Part shown: piece by piece, positions 23,330-38,514 of the stretch
Position numbering within the stretch: the stretch's first letter is position 1
Layout: each line of letters begins with the position of its first letter
Origin: Guillardia theta CCMP2712
Taxonomy: Eukaryota; Protista; Cryptophyta
Assembly (NCBI RefSeq): GCF_000315625.1
Contig: NW_005434544.1
Span: 51,400-115,399 of the forward strand
Reading direction: 5' to 3'
Length of the DNA stretch: 64,000 bases
Program-made: the position numbers and the translations under genes
The notes under the pieces: model-generated
What the model saw: the letters and a program-made list of their open reading frames with translations, nothing else
Databases searched by the model: none
Told to the model about the DNA's origin: nothing

Positions 23330-25705
23330 CTTGACTGGTCCACCACGACCTGCACTGGTGACCACTGTCCACCAGTACCTCGGAATGACCACCCCTTCCA
23401 TTGCCCCCACCGCATCACTTCCAGACTCTGTACCCCTCACTTTGACTTGAAAATAACCCCTACTTAATGTACCCCACCCCTCAGTTTCAAGTCCCTTCAC
23501 AAATCGGCTGATAAAATTGGCACGTTTTATCCGGTGAGGACCCCACCCCCGGACACAGGCAACCCTCCACCCCTCAAGACACTACCCTACCACTCACGGT
23601 ACATCGCCCAACTCCATTCTTATGCCATATACCCCTGTGTTTCCCTTCCACAGGACCCGTTATGAGAATCAAAAACTTTTGTTTACCCCCCCTTTATGAC
23701 CCTCACAAATTGTCCTCACTGGGTGACTAGACTGGACCTGGGGCCTTAGACGGTCTAGGACCTCTTACGAATATCCTAGGACTTACAAATCCGCACTAAG
23801 ACCAGATGAAGCTCCTAGCACCCTGGTCTAGCAGACATACAAATACGGTAGCCATTTCCAAGCCTCAGCAGTCGCACTGGGTCCTAGGAAGTGACTTTTC
23901 TGGTCCTAAAAAGGTTCCTAGTCTTGTCCTAGGAACCTTCCGTGCTGACCCGCTTGTGTGTAGTAAACTTGGGGGGCTTTCGCGGCGGGGCCCGGGCGCC
24001 GCCCCTCCCACGCGCCGCCAGCCTGGCCGGGCGCACACCGCCGCGGCCCGGGCCCCGCGCCGGCCGGCGCCCGGGCCCGGGCCGGGATCCGACGGCGGCG
24101 GCGATGGGGGACGGACGGCCGCGCGGCGGTGGCCCGGGCCCGACACCCCGCCGGGCAGCCGCGTGTGCCGCCTTGCAGTGCAGTGACCTGTCCGGCTCAC
24201 CGTGGGCCGGGCGGGGCCTGGTTCGGAAGTTCATTTCACTGTCAAATGAACTTGCCCAGTCCGATCGGACTCGGCGGTCGGCGCCCGCCGGGAGCCTCGC
24301 GGCGAGTCGAGCCTGACTGGCAAACAAGCGGCCGGGAATTCAAGTTCTTTGCGGCGGCGGCGTTCAACGGAGTCCGAGTTCAGCGGCGGCGCCCTCCCGG
24401 GGGCCCGGCGGCGGCACGGCGCCGCCGGCCGGGGGCCGGGGCGGTCCCCGGGCCCGGGGTGCAGTGACCGTACAGTGGTGTAAGTTTCAGTGCCGGACTC
24501 CGGTAGTATGATAACCTTGTAATCGGCCGAGCCCGGGCGGTACTGCGGCCGCCGGCTTGTACGCGGCGCCGGCCCGCCGCCGGCAGACTCAGCGGTCACT
24601 GTGCGGCGTTCAAAAAGATACTCAGCGGTGCCCGGCCCGGCCAGAGTTGACTGAAGTCAAGTCACACGAACGAGTCACTACTGTCAAAATTAGTTAACTT
24701 TAACTTTGGACACAGCTTGGGTGTAGGGGTGGTGAATGAAAGGGTGGGTGATCAACCCTCCTACTATCCCAGAATTGAAGAGGATTTGAAGGGATCGGCA
24801 TGAACTTTTACCAAGTGGGGTGGGTCCTCGTAACGAGTTGGGCAAGCCGCTGCAGGGAGGCTGAACTAGGGTGGTGGGAATTTGAGCTGATGGGGGTGGG
24901 TGGGGGTGATTTCCGCTTATCACACCGGTTTTTATCTGAGGGGGAGGGGTGGTGGGAGGGGGTACTCGTTGTCCCTACGGTAGAAGGGCCATCGTCATGT
25001 ATATAGAGGGGTGTGAAGTGACATGCAGTTCTTGATGGACTGAAAAGGTAGGGTATATACACGAAAAGTAGTAGGTAGGGGTACTCCGCAGAATATTCCT
25101 CAGAGGGGGTGGTTTCAAGAGGATGGCATATTCAATGAGCTACGCTGTGGGTGAAGTGGATTTGACACCATAGGGGTACTGAACAGAACAGGGGTAGGGT
25201 GGGGGGGTATATGTGCTGCTGTCAATCCTCTGGTGTAGCGCAGGGATGGAGGGGTGTAAATAACTTGGTCGAACTTCGAGGGGGTGGGGTACTCAGATTG
25301 GAGGGGTGGAACAGAGTTTTGTTATGGACGAGGCCGAGGGTCGTTAGAAGGGAGGGGTGGGTGGTATTGTCGGGTACATGTCACTAGTGTAAAATTGTAA
25401 AGCACCGGTGATTCATAGTGAATAAATAGGGGTACGGAGAGAGTATGATGAAAAGGGGGGTGGGGTACAATACAAGTTGGGTAGGGTAGACGAACACGGA
25501 ACTACAAAGTGAGAAATGGGCGGGGAAGCAGCGAAGGAGAGGGAGGGAATGGAGGGCAAGGAGAACAATGGATGAAAGTGCTACCCGATATTGTTGTAAT
25601 CTTTCGTTACGAAGAAACCATGAAGATAACACTGCTTGTTCTGCTCTGTTCTTGACCGTTATGAGCCATAGCTTGTTTGTTGTGTCACTCGATCGAAAAC
25701 CCACT

Positions 25706-28700
25706 ATGGCGCATCTTTCTACCTCCTTCTATTGTGAAAGAGAGAACGAGGTTGTAACTGAGGCTAATCTCGATGTAGGATCAACAAAAGGTCATTGTGC
25801 AGCATGAGCGTCGCTCTTTAAACTTCACATGGTCATCAAGGCTACAAACACAGTTTCTGGTGGTGAGATGGAATCCGCCGCCAGGGTTGAAGTCAAAGGA
25901 AATCACTGCAATTCAACCGCAGCTGGTGAAAATTCTATCAAGTCTTCATGATCTGTGCCTCATTTCCGTTCCTTCAGCTTTACCTTTGTTTGGTCCGCCT
26001 CCAAGCCCCCCATGCTCAAGACCGGGTTCTGTGCGTTCCAACGCCAGCTCCCCAGAGCTGAATGGCATCACTGCGATGGACATACCACGCGGACCTGTCT
26101 CAAACTTCTGTAACATCAGGTATGAGTTGTTGGCCGTCTGGTTGTCTCATGTAAACTGCTCTTTGCAGCCTGCAGACTCGCCTGGTCGATGATCCGGATC
26201 AGTTCTCGTCCGACACAGCAACGGGTTTGATGTCCTTCGGATGCACGCCTCTTCTGACATCGACTTCAAGGTTCGAGTGGAAGTCCTCGAAGCCCGCGCA
26301 TGCAGCATCCCCTCTTCAGTCAGGGACAGGCCAGCCCTGACAAGGTGACTGAACCGGAAAGGCTAGGCAGGAGGATTCGGAGGAATCTGAATATTAGCAC
26401 GGGACATCGGTGGCGATGGCTTGCAGTGCGCGCATCGGTTCGATTCAGTGGAGACGATCACTCCAACCTTGCCCGCTTTTGTGGCCTGCAGAAATCACAA
26501 GGTCCAGAAGCGAAAGCCAGGGATGAGGAGTTGAGCGATGATGACGATCTTTTGATTTTTGCAATGAAGGCCAACGCGATGTTGAGACATGGGTATGCCA
26601 TTGGTAGAAATCTCTGGAACAACTTGCAAGTCATAGATAATCAAGCTTCCTTGAACTCGTTTTCTTTCCCAGACTCCGATACAAACAAGGCGCAAAAGGA
26701 TGTTGAAGGCTCGCAGCAGCCACAAGAGACGTGGGGCTCAACAGCATTGAAAGGCCTCAGCCTCCTCATCTCCAAGGACAAGAACTCAACGATAGGAAAG
26801 CGAGAGGATAATGCAGCTCAGGACATGAGTGAATGTGGGTCAGTCTCTGGGCCCAAGTCCTCCCCTCAAACCCCTTCGCATGCTTCGTCCCCTGATTCAT
26901 GGACTGACATCATCTCCCCTCTCAAGGCCAGCTTGCAAGCGACAGTCTCCTCCATCAAGAGTTCTGCTATCACCGACCTGAACAAGCTCGTGCAGAGCCT
27001 CCCCGGCAGCAGGGGAGAAACAGCAGCTTCCTTTTTTAATCTGAAAGGCAATGGCGAGAATGTGCACAAGAAGAGGACGATCGTGACTGTAGATGGCCAC
27101 ATGTACGAAGGATCGTTTCTTGATGGTGTTGCACACGGCTATGGAAGAATGTCTTGGCCAGATGGCCAATGGTTCCAAGGTGAATTTCTGCAAGGAAAGA
27201 GCGATGGACTTGGTCGACGCGTCTGGAACAGCGGGCACGAGTATGTAGGGGAGGAGCATCGAGGCTTTCGACATGGTGTTGGCATTATGTGTTGGCCGAG
27301 TGGGAAGAGGTACGAAGGAGAGTTTCGAATGGACATGAAAGAAGGGATCGGCTTGCTATGGTCCAACTCGGGGAAATTCTATGTCGGCAGCTGGTCTAAG
27401 AACGAGCAGCACGGCTTCGGGTTGGAGCATGAGGACGGGTCGTTTGCTTTCGTTGAATATGTTAGGGGAAAACAACACAAGAGGCTGGGAATTCCTGTAG
27501 ACTTGCAGAGGCGTATCAAGGCAAACTTGAACTCGCCAGATGAGATGTCCTTGCTTCCCCGTGACTTGATCTGCAAGTTGCTCATGCTTCCCCTTCCAGA
27601 GTACATGCGAGTCGCTCCAGCTTGTAGTGGAGAGAAGTCGATAGAGGTCGTGGAGCCAGAGGATGCTGGCAGTACAGGAGGAAAGCATCGAAGGAGAGGA
27701 AGAGATCGAGTTCGCTCAAGGCAAAGCCCACAGGGGTCAGATCTCTCAGCCTCAGAACATTCCGATTCTCGAGGGGACCAGTCAGACGATGAAAGGGAGG
27801 ATGACGAAGAAGAGACGGTGCATCAGGACCTTCCTCCTCCCCAACGTCAATCGCGGTGGAGAGTGAGCATCTTGCATGGAGACATTGTCGCGATCCCGAG
27901 CACATCGGAAGAGTCAAACTTGGAGGAAGTTATCATTGATGAGACGGACCTGAGTCACCTGCGGCAGAGAAGCTTGCTGGAGGATAGCCTGGCCTCCTGC
28001 GATGTCGAAGAGCCTCTGGTTGTCGAGGAGGACTCGGGATCCTCGCTGAACTCGTCCGAGTGCTCCGCTAGCTCCGAAGAGGACGAGTCTGACGAGTCGT
28101 GGTCCAGCGGAGAGGACGGCAAGAGCAGCGCTTCAAGAGAGAGGATGTCAGACCGGATCCTCGAGATCGTGATGGGAGAGAGCTTGGAAAGGTTGGTGGA
28201 CGAGGATGACAGCATGCCGCGCAGGGGAAGGGACGAAGAGACAGCAGACGTCGGCCTCGCCGAGCAACTCTCCTCGCAAGATAGAACAGGCCAGCAGGAG
28301 AACGCGGAGCTGCCAGCTGAGCGTCAGCTGGAGGACGCGGACGCTCAATTCCCTGTCTTGACACGTTTGCCGAGGAGCAGCGCAGAGAGCAACTGGACGT
28401 GCCAGGCTGTCAAGCAAGGAGACGCGAGGAGGGTGGAGGATGCCCTGCGGGCTCACGCTGACCCGAATGTGCTGAGCTCGACCGGTCTCACAGCTCTGCA
28501 AGTGGCTTCATTGGAAGGGTAAGAGAAGCAGAGGAAGGAGGAGAGGGCAAGAGAAGGGGGGGGGGGGAGGGAGGAAGGGATGAACGAAACGACAGAGAGG
28601 AGGAGAGGCACCAAGAGAGACAGAGACAGAGGCAGAGAGAAGAAGGAGGAGAAGAAGAGCGGAGTGGGGGACGAGAGGAGTAGGCGTGAGAGGAGAGGAG

Positions 28701-29271
28701 GACAATGGGGAGGAGGAAGCTGCTAATGGAGGCTTTGCAGAAAGGACGAGATTCTTCGGCTGCTCCTGAAGGCTGGAGGAGATGTCACTGTAAGATCAAA
28801 GACTGGCCTAACTTGCCTCCACTGTGCTGCACAGGAAGGGAAAGCGTCGACGTGTAAGGTGACCGAAGTCCTTCCCTGTCCTCTTCCTTACTCTGCCTTC
28901 TCATCCTTGCTCCGCTCCTTACTCCCCTCTCCTCTCCTTCGCCCTGCCTTCACCTTCAACCTCTGCTGACCCGTCTGCCAGATTCTCCTCTGCGAGGGGA
29001 TCGATGTCAACGTCGCTACGTCACTCGAGAAGAATTCAGCACTCCATCTTGCGGTGCTGAATAGGAGGAGCGAAGTTGTGAGGCTCCTCCTCGAGCATGG
29101 GGCATCTTGCTCGATAGTCAACGTGGATGGCCTGACGCCGATGGACATGGCAAAGAAGCTAAAGGTGAGGAGGATGAGGGAGGGAACAAGCATTGACGTG
29201 AGCAACAGGATGGAAATATTGTGGAGGAGATGAGAAAGATGAGTAGGGAGCTGCCCGGAGCTCAAGTGTAG
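25706..29271 (+). CDS. MORN-repeat plus ankyrin-repeat protein
   Basis: About five MORN units (YEGSFLDGVAHGYG, FQGEFLQGKSDGLG, YVGEEHRGFRHGVG, YEGEFRMDMKEGIG, YVGSWSKNEQHGFG); C-terminal ankyrins GLTALQVA, GLTCLHCAA, NSALHLAV, GLTPMDMA. Start is inferred. Confidence 0.85.
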
Positions 29272-29977
29272 AGTCTGTAGAATGTGATGTTTTGTTGTTT
29301 GTTGTCAGTTGGGGATGAAATCTCTTCCCCACAGCCGTCTGAGTCATTCCATCCATCCTGTGCTTGTTCCTCCAAGGGATCATCATCGGACTTGTAGTTG
29401 AAGCAACAGCTTCATGAGCTGTTAACAATAGCAACAGCTTCTTCAGCTGCTAACAATAGCAACAGCTTCTTCAGTTGCCAATGACACCAAGTCTTGTTTG
29501 TCGATCTCTTTCGCTCTCGACTAGTAACAAATGGCTCAACCCTCCATGCACATTCCCTGCGAAAGTCTGAATAGCATCAGAACAAGCTGCAAGCCACAGC
29601 AGATTCGCAATCGGGTTTGCCAGGTTTAGAATAAAAGATCAAGATATCGAATTGTACAACTCAACGCCATCTGAAAACTCTCCATCGAACTCTCACGACA
29701 TGACAGCGATAGCGAATGACGGCAGTCAAAACTGAGGGAGATTGCAACGAGTCTCCTTTCTCATCACGAGAATGATCTGCCCGTGAAAGCATCCGCACTC
29801 CTTGCCGTCTGAAGCATCGTCTTAGAGCTCTCCCTCTCATCTTTCTGCCTTCACCATCCCCCCTTCTCTCCCTTCTCTGCCCCGATGGAACGCCGAGGTG
29901 AGATCGTATCAGGGGTGAACTCTCCAATTGATGAAGGGACGAGTAGAATCTTGCAGGACCCGGAGAGACGCTTTCCG

Positions 29978-30797
29978 NNNNNNNNNNNNNNNNNNNNNNN
30001 NNNNNNNNNNNNNNNNNNNNNNNNNNNNNNNNNNNNNNNNNNNNNNNNNNNNNNNNNNNNNNNNNNNNNNNNNNNNNNNNNNNNNNNNNNNNNNNNNNNN
30101 NNNNNNNNNNNNNNNNNNNNNNNNNNNNNNNNNNNNNNNNNNNNNNNNNNNNNNNNNNNNNNNNNNNNNNNNNNNNNNNNNNNNNNNNNNNNNNNNNNNN
30201 NNNNNNNNNNNNNNNNNNNNNNNNNNNNNNNNNNNNNNNNNNNNNNNNNNNNNNNNNNNNNNNNNNNNNNNNNNNNNNNNNNNNNNNNNNNNNNNNNNNN
30301 NNNNNNNNNNNNNNNNNNNNNNNNNNNNNNNNNNNNNNNNNNNNNNNNNNNNNNNNNNNNNNNNNNNNNNNNNNNNNNNNNNNNNNNNNNNNNNNNNNNN
30401 NNNNNNNNNNNNNNNNNNNNNNNNNNNNNNNNNNNNNNNNNNNNNNNNNNNNNNNNNNNNNNNNNNNNNNNNNNNNNNNNNNNNNNNNNNNNNNNNNNNN
30501 NNNNNNNNNNNNNNNNNNNNNNNNNNNNNNNNNNNNNNNNNNNNNNNNNNNNNNNNNNNNNNNNNNNNNNNNNNNNNNNNNNNNNNNNNNNNNNNNNNNN
30601 NNNNNNNNNNNNNNNNNNNNNNNNNNNNNNNNNNNNNNNNNNNNNNNNNNNNNNNNNNNNNNNNNNNNNNNNNNNNNNNNNNNNNNNNNNNNNNNNNNNN
30701 NNNNNNNNNNNNNNNNNNNNNNNNNNNNNNNNNNNNNNNNNNNNNNNNNNNNNNNNNNNNNNNNNNNNNNNNNNNNNNNNNNNNNNNNNNNNNNNNN
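29978..30797. other. Assembly gap (820 N)
   Basis: Run of N, bordered on the right by a poly-C tract. Confidence 1.
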
Positions 30798-30799
30798 CC

Positions 30800-32308
<1,509 letters not shown>

Positions 32309-33170
32309 TCAGGACCCTACCAGCTATGTACCACCCACCCACCATGAAATTATTATGTAACTAAACGTTTCAACAAATTGACTGATAATTCAGGCTTCCC
32401 GGCCGGCGACTCCGTGACCGTACTGTTCACTCTCACTGCGGCGAGGCTTCCGGCCCCCCAGACCGACAGGCTCTGGGCGGCGGGCCGCCACTGAAATGGC
32501 GATCATGATACTGAGCGACTATGGCCATGTCATGAGTGAAACTTGAGTGGCACTTGCCAGTGCAGTGCGCGGCCAGTCAGTACCGTCGTGACACCGTCAC
32601 TGTGACCTCGTGTCGGGCCGTCCGACGGCCGGGCACTGTCACGGCACGGTCGGAGTCCGGTCGGGCATCGGACGGTCGGCCTCGGACCGTACCGGCGTGA
32701 CCGTTGCCGGCCGGCCGGCACCGCGGCACGGTGTCACTCACGGTGCCGTCACGGCGGGGGCCAGTGCGGCGGCGTACTAGTCGGACGCGGCGGAAGCCTG
32801 ACGGAGCGGCCGCTGACGGACTCTCCGAGAGCTTTCCGACTGTCCGACTCAGTCGTTTCAACTCAGTGTAGGGAGGGTCAAAATTTCAACGCCGGGGGTC
32901 GCTGAAATTGGCTGGGGAAAAGCCGAAGACCCTTCTTTTTTCAAAAAAAATCACGACTCGAATAAAATAATTTTATGCCGTCAGCTACTAGTAGTAGTGA
33001 CCGCGCCTTTACCGTACCGAGACCTGAAAAAAGAATGAAAACCGAAACTGCTACCGGTGCCCGCGACCTTCTGACTCGGAGGACCCGAGAGGTACCTTAC
33101 CCACACAACCCACGCTCCTCCTGCTGAGTTGCGCATAGCCTCTGGCAAAGGACGCTGAGCATCCCGAGAT

Positions 33171-33962
33171 ATGAACAAAACCAACAAGTCAGCCTCATGG
33201 AGACAGTACCATGAAGCTGCGTCCGTCATTGCCGACGCATTCCAATCGGATCCTCTTTTCATAAAAGCATTCGCCAATGATCGTGCGCGGTATGTTGCAA
33301 CATATGCTATTGCAGCAGCACAAATTGGCAGCGGCAGTTGTTCTATTGATGTCTTGATGGATGAGAACACAAAGGTATTGGAGAGTGCATGCTTATGGGA
33401 AGAAACCAAGCAAGACTATACACTGGGAGTCCTTGAATTGATCATTAGGAATGTGATCATGGCATTCTCCACATATTTTTACTTCGTCAAGGGTGCGACC
33501 TACAAGTTTGGATACAGTGAGTATATCGGAGGTTTGCTCAATGCAGTTCTCGTAATTTTGTACGGAGTATGCACTTTATGGGTGATTAGGTTTCTTCTGG
33601 AGTTCTTTCGTTTTGGTATCGTGTATGGATATATCACTGCCAGGGGTAGCAGATACATTTCAGAATATGAAAAGGTACATGGCAAGCTTGGCAAGCATAG
33701 CAAGCATTTGAGCATGATTGGAACACTGTCGGCATTCAGAGGCCAGGGCATTGGTTCAATGTTGATGAAATACACATTGCAAAGAGTGGACTCGTCAAAC
33801 GGTGGTGTAGGTTATGATTATCATTATTTGGAGAGCAGCAATCCCAAGAATGTGCCTTTTTATCAGAGACATGGATTTGTAACTGTTGGAGAGATGGGAA
33901 TCATGGGTGGAACGGTAACCTTTATGATTCGTAAAAAGGAGGCAACCAGAGTCCCAGAATAA
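33171..33962 (+). CDS. GNAT-family N-acetyltransferase with internal hydrophobic segments, intronless
   Basis: IADAFQSDP; motif A HLSMIGTLSAFRGQGIGSMLM; motif B YLESSNPKNVPFYQRHGF. Confidence 0.9.
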   Translation: MNKTNKSASWRQYHEAASVIADAFQSDPLFIKAFANDRARYVATYAIAAAQIGSGSCSIDVLMDENTKVLESACLWEETKQDYTLGVLELIIRNVIMAFSTYFYFVKGATYKFGYSEYIGGLLNAVLVILYGVCTLWVIRFLLEFFRFGIVYGYITARGSRYISEYEKVHGKLGKHSKHLSMIGTLSAFRGQGIGSMLMKYTLQRVDSSNGGVGYDYHYLESSNPKNVPFYQRHGFVTVGEMGIMGGTVTFMIRKKEATRVPE

Positions 33963-35398
33963 TGTTGTAGCACAACATCGACGCAGGGTGGCAGAGGAAT
34001 CTTCAAGGTGGATGGATCGATTATGTCTTGTATTAGAGATGCTCTCTGCTTTGATACTGAGTTGTAAAGCTTCTACGTGTCTCTCTCCAATAGCTCAGTG
34101 TAGCTCATTTCTCCTGAGAAACATGAATAAAACTTGTTTGTCAACAGGATCTCCGATTGACATCGGTGGCATTTCTCTTCAAACCGGCTGTACAACGTCG
34201 TGGGGTACTACCAACTATCCTTGCATCAAGATTGTTGATTACAGCTTCAGTAAACTCCTCAACTTCTACAAGGATCGAAACGGGGCAGCAATGTACGGCC
34301 TGTCCTAGAGGCACTGTAGACTTCACGCTCCTCTGCCCGTTCGAGCCCAACAAAGGAAAGGGCGGAATCAAAAATCCATGGAGGTGGATGTTGCAGGAAG
34401 CGTGTATGAGATTCAAGTTCAAAAAGCACTTGCACCTGAAGGAGCTCGTGGACGGCAGCAACAAGAAGGGCTGAACCTTTGCAATCATCAGGCCCACCGT
34501 AGTGCAACAGTTGCATAGTGCGGCAAAGCGTAGAGTGACATTGAACTGAATTGCCAACTCATTCAAGATGTAGATGCTTTATCTTTTTTGGCTTTTCTTC
34601 ACGGGTGCTTCTCTCCACACCAGAATGAGTAAACGATACTCATGCGCCGAGAAAGTTCAATCTCTGTACTGGATCAGTGTTGATCCAGTCACGAATGTCA
34701 CTGCGGGGACCACTCGCTTCGCTCGGTTTATTCAGTTCCGAACGTACCGCCGTGCTGGCAGTTCAACGGCTGATGAACCCGGCCTTGAAACTTATGATTC
34801 TGGGACGGTCTCGGACTGAAGGTAAGAATGAAGTCACTAGTTTCCCGAAGTTTTACCAGCCTCTCAGCCTGTCTGATGCCTTCTGCAAGTGTACGGTCCG
34901 GCCGCGGGCCACCAGCGGGGTGAGCTGCTTCGAATTTTCTGTCTTTACTGTGACATGAGTCGCCTCCGGGGGTTCCGAAGAGTCCGGTACACCACCCCGG
35001 CCGCCGCGGCAGTGTCCGATCCTGGCAGGCTCGAAATCTGACTGTGCCTAGGCCGGCGAACCGTGGGACCGTGGGACCGTCGGACCTCAGGGCCATCATG
35101 AGTCCGATGATCGCCCGGCCGTTCACCGTCCGACGGCGAGAAACCTCCGGTGACTCAGCGGCTGCTCAGTGGGCCGGCCCGGCGGGCCCCGCGGCGCTGC
35201 CAGTGCCTAGTCGCGCCTGGCCGCCACCCGGCAGTCCTGAGCCAGTGGCGCCGCCGGGCTCCGGGCCCAAGCAGTCAACTTTAGCTCCAAGTACAGTGAT
35301 GCAGCAGCCCGCCGGACCGCCCGGCCCAGCTGGCAGCCGGGGCTCAGCTGAAGACTCGAACAGAACTGAGGCACCGGGCCGTGCGGTTCCTAGTGAGT

Positions 35399-37514
35399 CT
35401 AGCTATCGCTCCAGGTCAGGTTGAAGCCGCTCCTCTCGGCGTTGATGGCGCTGGTCTTGAAGACGAGGAGGACCTGCCGGGCAGCAAGTCAGCTCCTGCT
35501 CCTCCTCAGCTGCTCTCAGGCCGCTGCAGGCATGGCAGTGTCATAGCTCACCTCGTTCGACGGGCACGCGATCGGGGCCTCGTTCTTGACTCCAGTGATG
35601 GACCGGAAGGCACTAGCCCAGTTGATCACCTGCAGTGCCGCCAAGTCAGGGTGAGCCGCCATCGTCCTCCTTGCTCGTAAGTCGCCCTTGCCCTCCTCCT
35701 CCTCCTCCTCCTCCTCCTCCTCCTCCTCCTCCTCCTCCTCCTGTCCACAAATGAATGGCCCCCGCTCCCTTGGCCCCCTGCTTACATCCTCATTGCGATA
35801 GCGCTCGACGTCCTTGGGCCCAGCAAAGATCGTGAGCCTCCCGGAAGTTCCGTAGATGTGGAAATCTTGAAATTGAAGAAGAACGTTCTGAACACAACAG
35901 TGAGATACCTCGAAACGAGAGGGAGATGGAAGAATGAGAACAGGAAGGAAGGAGGAGGAAGAGGAGAAGGTGGTGGTGGTGGGGATGGTTGGGGAGGAGC
36001 AGGAGGAAGGGGTTGGGCGGCGGAGGGGACTTCGAGGAGCAGGGGGAGCACGAGGGAGGTTTTACCTTATCTGATTTGATGATCCACCTGCAATCGTTGT
36101 CGGAAGGGTCAGGCACAGGCCCCGTTCCCGTTGTGATGCTTCCTCGCCGGCCCACGAGGTGCACGAGGCCATGGCAGTGATACGGAACGGCAGCAGTCAC
36201 GTTCGGCTGCTTATGCGCTGCTGCTCTTTGATTGGTCTCCCTCTCATGCAAGAGAGCGCGCAGCTCTTCTGATTTCTCCTTCCACTTCTGGATCTCCTGC
36301 CGCAGGTCATGCTTCAGGGCCCTGTGGGGTAGCAAGGAAGGGCAGAGAAGTTCTCTACCTCATCCTCCCATCTTGAGGTGTTGCTAAGGCTGTTGAGAAT
36401 CCCATCGAATCTCTTCCCCTCTGACTTCTTCAGCTCAACGTTGCTCAGATGCTCCGTTTTCACTCGAGCCAGCGCCTTGCGCGCCTCCTCCTTCCTGTTC
36501 AAGGCCTGACCCAAGTCATCATGTCCGGGCAGGAGCAGAGCAAGTACGTGTCGATACCTGTTTCATTCTTTGCCATGGATCATCACAATTCACATCACGG
36601 CAGATCGATTGTTCGAGCCCTTCGACCCTCCTTCCCAGCCCTTGGAGCCCATCTAGAAGCTTTCGCCCATCATCTAGGCCTCTCTGAGCAGCAAGTACGT
36701 TCTTTCCAATCTTGTAGAGGAATGTCTGCGCACAGCACATCAAAGTCAGCTTGAGTTATGAGTTTACATTCCACATGTCATGACAATCCTCACACTCGTC
36801 GACATGGTCGGGTGTAGATTCTTCTCTAGCTCCTGCTTAACTTGGTTGTCGAATCTATCTTGAAGTTGGTCTCGAATTCTAGCTCGTGCGATTTGATAAG
36901 CTGCAGTTATAACCTGAAGGTTGACACCAATAAACGAATAAATTTCGAATCAGATCTTCTTCTTACTCTATCCTCTCTCGCGTCTTCGTTGAAAGCATCC
37001 TCCAAAACCTTTTCTTTGCCTTTGATATTAGCGATCAGTTGTCTAGTCAATTTTGTTTCTTTCAATTCTGTCGGTTTTGAAACCTTCTGTCCTTCTTGGC
37101 AAAACAGCCAACCCGCGCAGAACAAACAGAGCGTTGCAGCGAATAGCACGCGGAGGAAACGGAGACGATCTCCTTGAGAAGTTGTCTTGTTCTTGATCAT
37201 AGCGTGTTCTTGTGACAAGTCAGCTTGTGCAGCATCAATCATTTTCGAAGGTAAGCCAATCCACGAACTCTGCTCCACCTCACTCAGGCGTGAAACAGCA
37301 AGTGCATGTTAGGGACAATCAAGAGAATCGTTCAGTGTGCTGTCTGGTGGCTGTGATGTGCTTCTTGTCAGTTTGTTCTTTCAACTCTCTGGCTCCAGCT
37401 GCTCTTGGCAATCAAACATCTCGATTGCATACTTCGATCGTCACTGTCTTACCACAGGATATCACCATTCCCCTTCAACAGTGTTCACGCGCTATTGCCG
37501 TCGCAGCCGGCCAT
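35399..37514 (-). CDS. Membrane-anchored coiled-coil protein with C-terminal CUB-like domain, multi-exon
   Basis: TM FLRVLFAATLCLFCAGWLF; CUB-like C.G.....GSITTG...NDCRWII, YLTVVF..F, VFKTS....SGFNLTW*. Start approximate. Confidence 0.65.
35692..35742. repeat. (CCT)n microsatellite, intronic
   Basis: Directly visible. Confidence 0.95.
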
Positions 37515-38514
37515 GGCGATTGTTATCTATTTCCGGTTTACCGGTTTGCTTGTAGTAACCGGAGGGACTGCGGCCCTGCCGGCGTCAGACTGAGGATATC
37601 CGGGCCCGGATGCTACAGACACTGAGACGGTGAGTGCGCCTCACTATGGGCTACCACAATAAATTTACTCATCAAAGTTAAGTTATCCACCCATATTGAT
37701 CCCCAGCCTCCGCCGGGCGCTCAAGGACGTTCGGAATGCCGCGGACTACCCCTCCCCCCCCTGGAGAGGATGACCGTCCGACACTGAGGACCTAGAAGGG
37801 CCCTCCACCCGGGGCGCGATCATAGTCCGTTTCAGTTAGGGCCTCCGGTAGTAAAACATCTCAGATGACCCCCCTTCCCCCACCGTCTTCAGGACCACTG
37901 CTGCAGCCCGGTCTGTCACCCTTCTAAACGCCTTTAGGAGGGCGGTGGGTAGGTCATCTGACATACGGCTGATAGCACCCCGCTGCCATATCCTATAGTA
38001 GTAGCAAGGTACCATTGGGGGTGGGGGGGGGGGGGGGGTGGTTGGGAATGGAAACTGTACCCGGTGACCGGACGCACCACTGAGGCGAGGGGTAGGGGTC
38101 CGACAAGGGGGACCGGGGGGTTATCGCGGCTGTTATGGTCACGATACTTCGGATGGGGTCACCGGTGGTAGCACTGCGGCAAGTAGGCGGGTCCGACAGC
38201 GTGGGGGGTGGGGTGGGGGGGTACGAGATCAGACCAACCCACCCCAGACATGTATATCTCCCTGATGGATGTCTACTTCTTTGGTACCCCCCATTTCTCC
38301 CTTCATACACCCCACTATTTCCCACAACATGATCTATCCTCCATATTACTCCGGTTCTGACCACCTCCATAACCCCACCATTGCCCACCCCCACCCCCCT
38401 GCCAATCCTTTTGTTCCTAGGTCCGCCTGTACCAACCACCTGATATTGATAAAACAATGCTCGGACCTCCTGCTCCTGCTCCTGACACCGAGTTGCTGCC
38501 GTCACTACTGCTAT

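Noticed and set aside
23806-24599. Overlapping Gly/Pro/Arg/Ala-rich ORFs in GC islands (also 35044-35424 and 61804-62586)
   Set aside because: Stop-codon scarcity at extreme GC content; no domains recognised.
29420-29476. 28-bp tandem duplication (also ~59-bp-spaced repeat at 43265/43324)
   Set aside because: Ordinary two-copy local duplications with no further structure.
32868-32980. Possible DNA-transposon terminus (TAGGGAGGGTCAAAATTTC...)
   Set aside because: No matching inverted partner or TSD found in the window.
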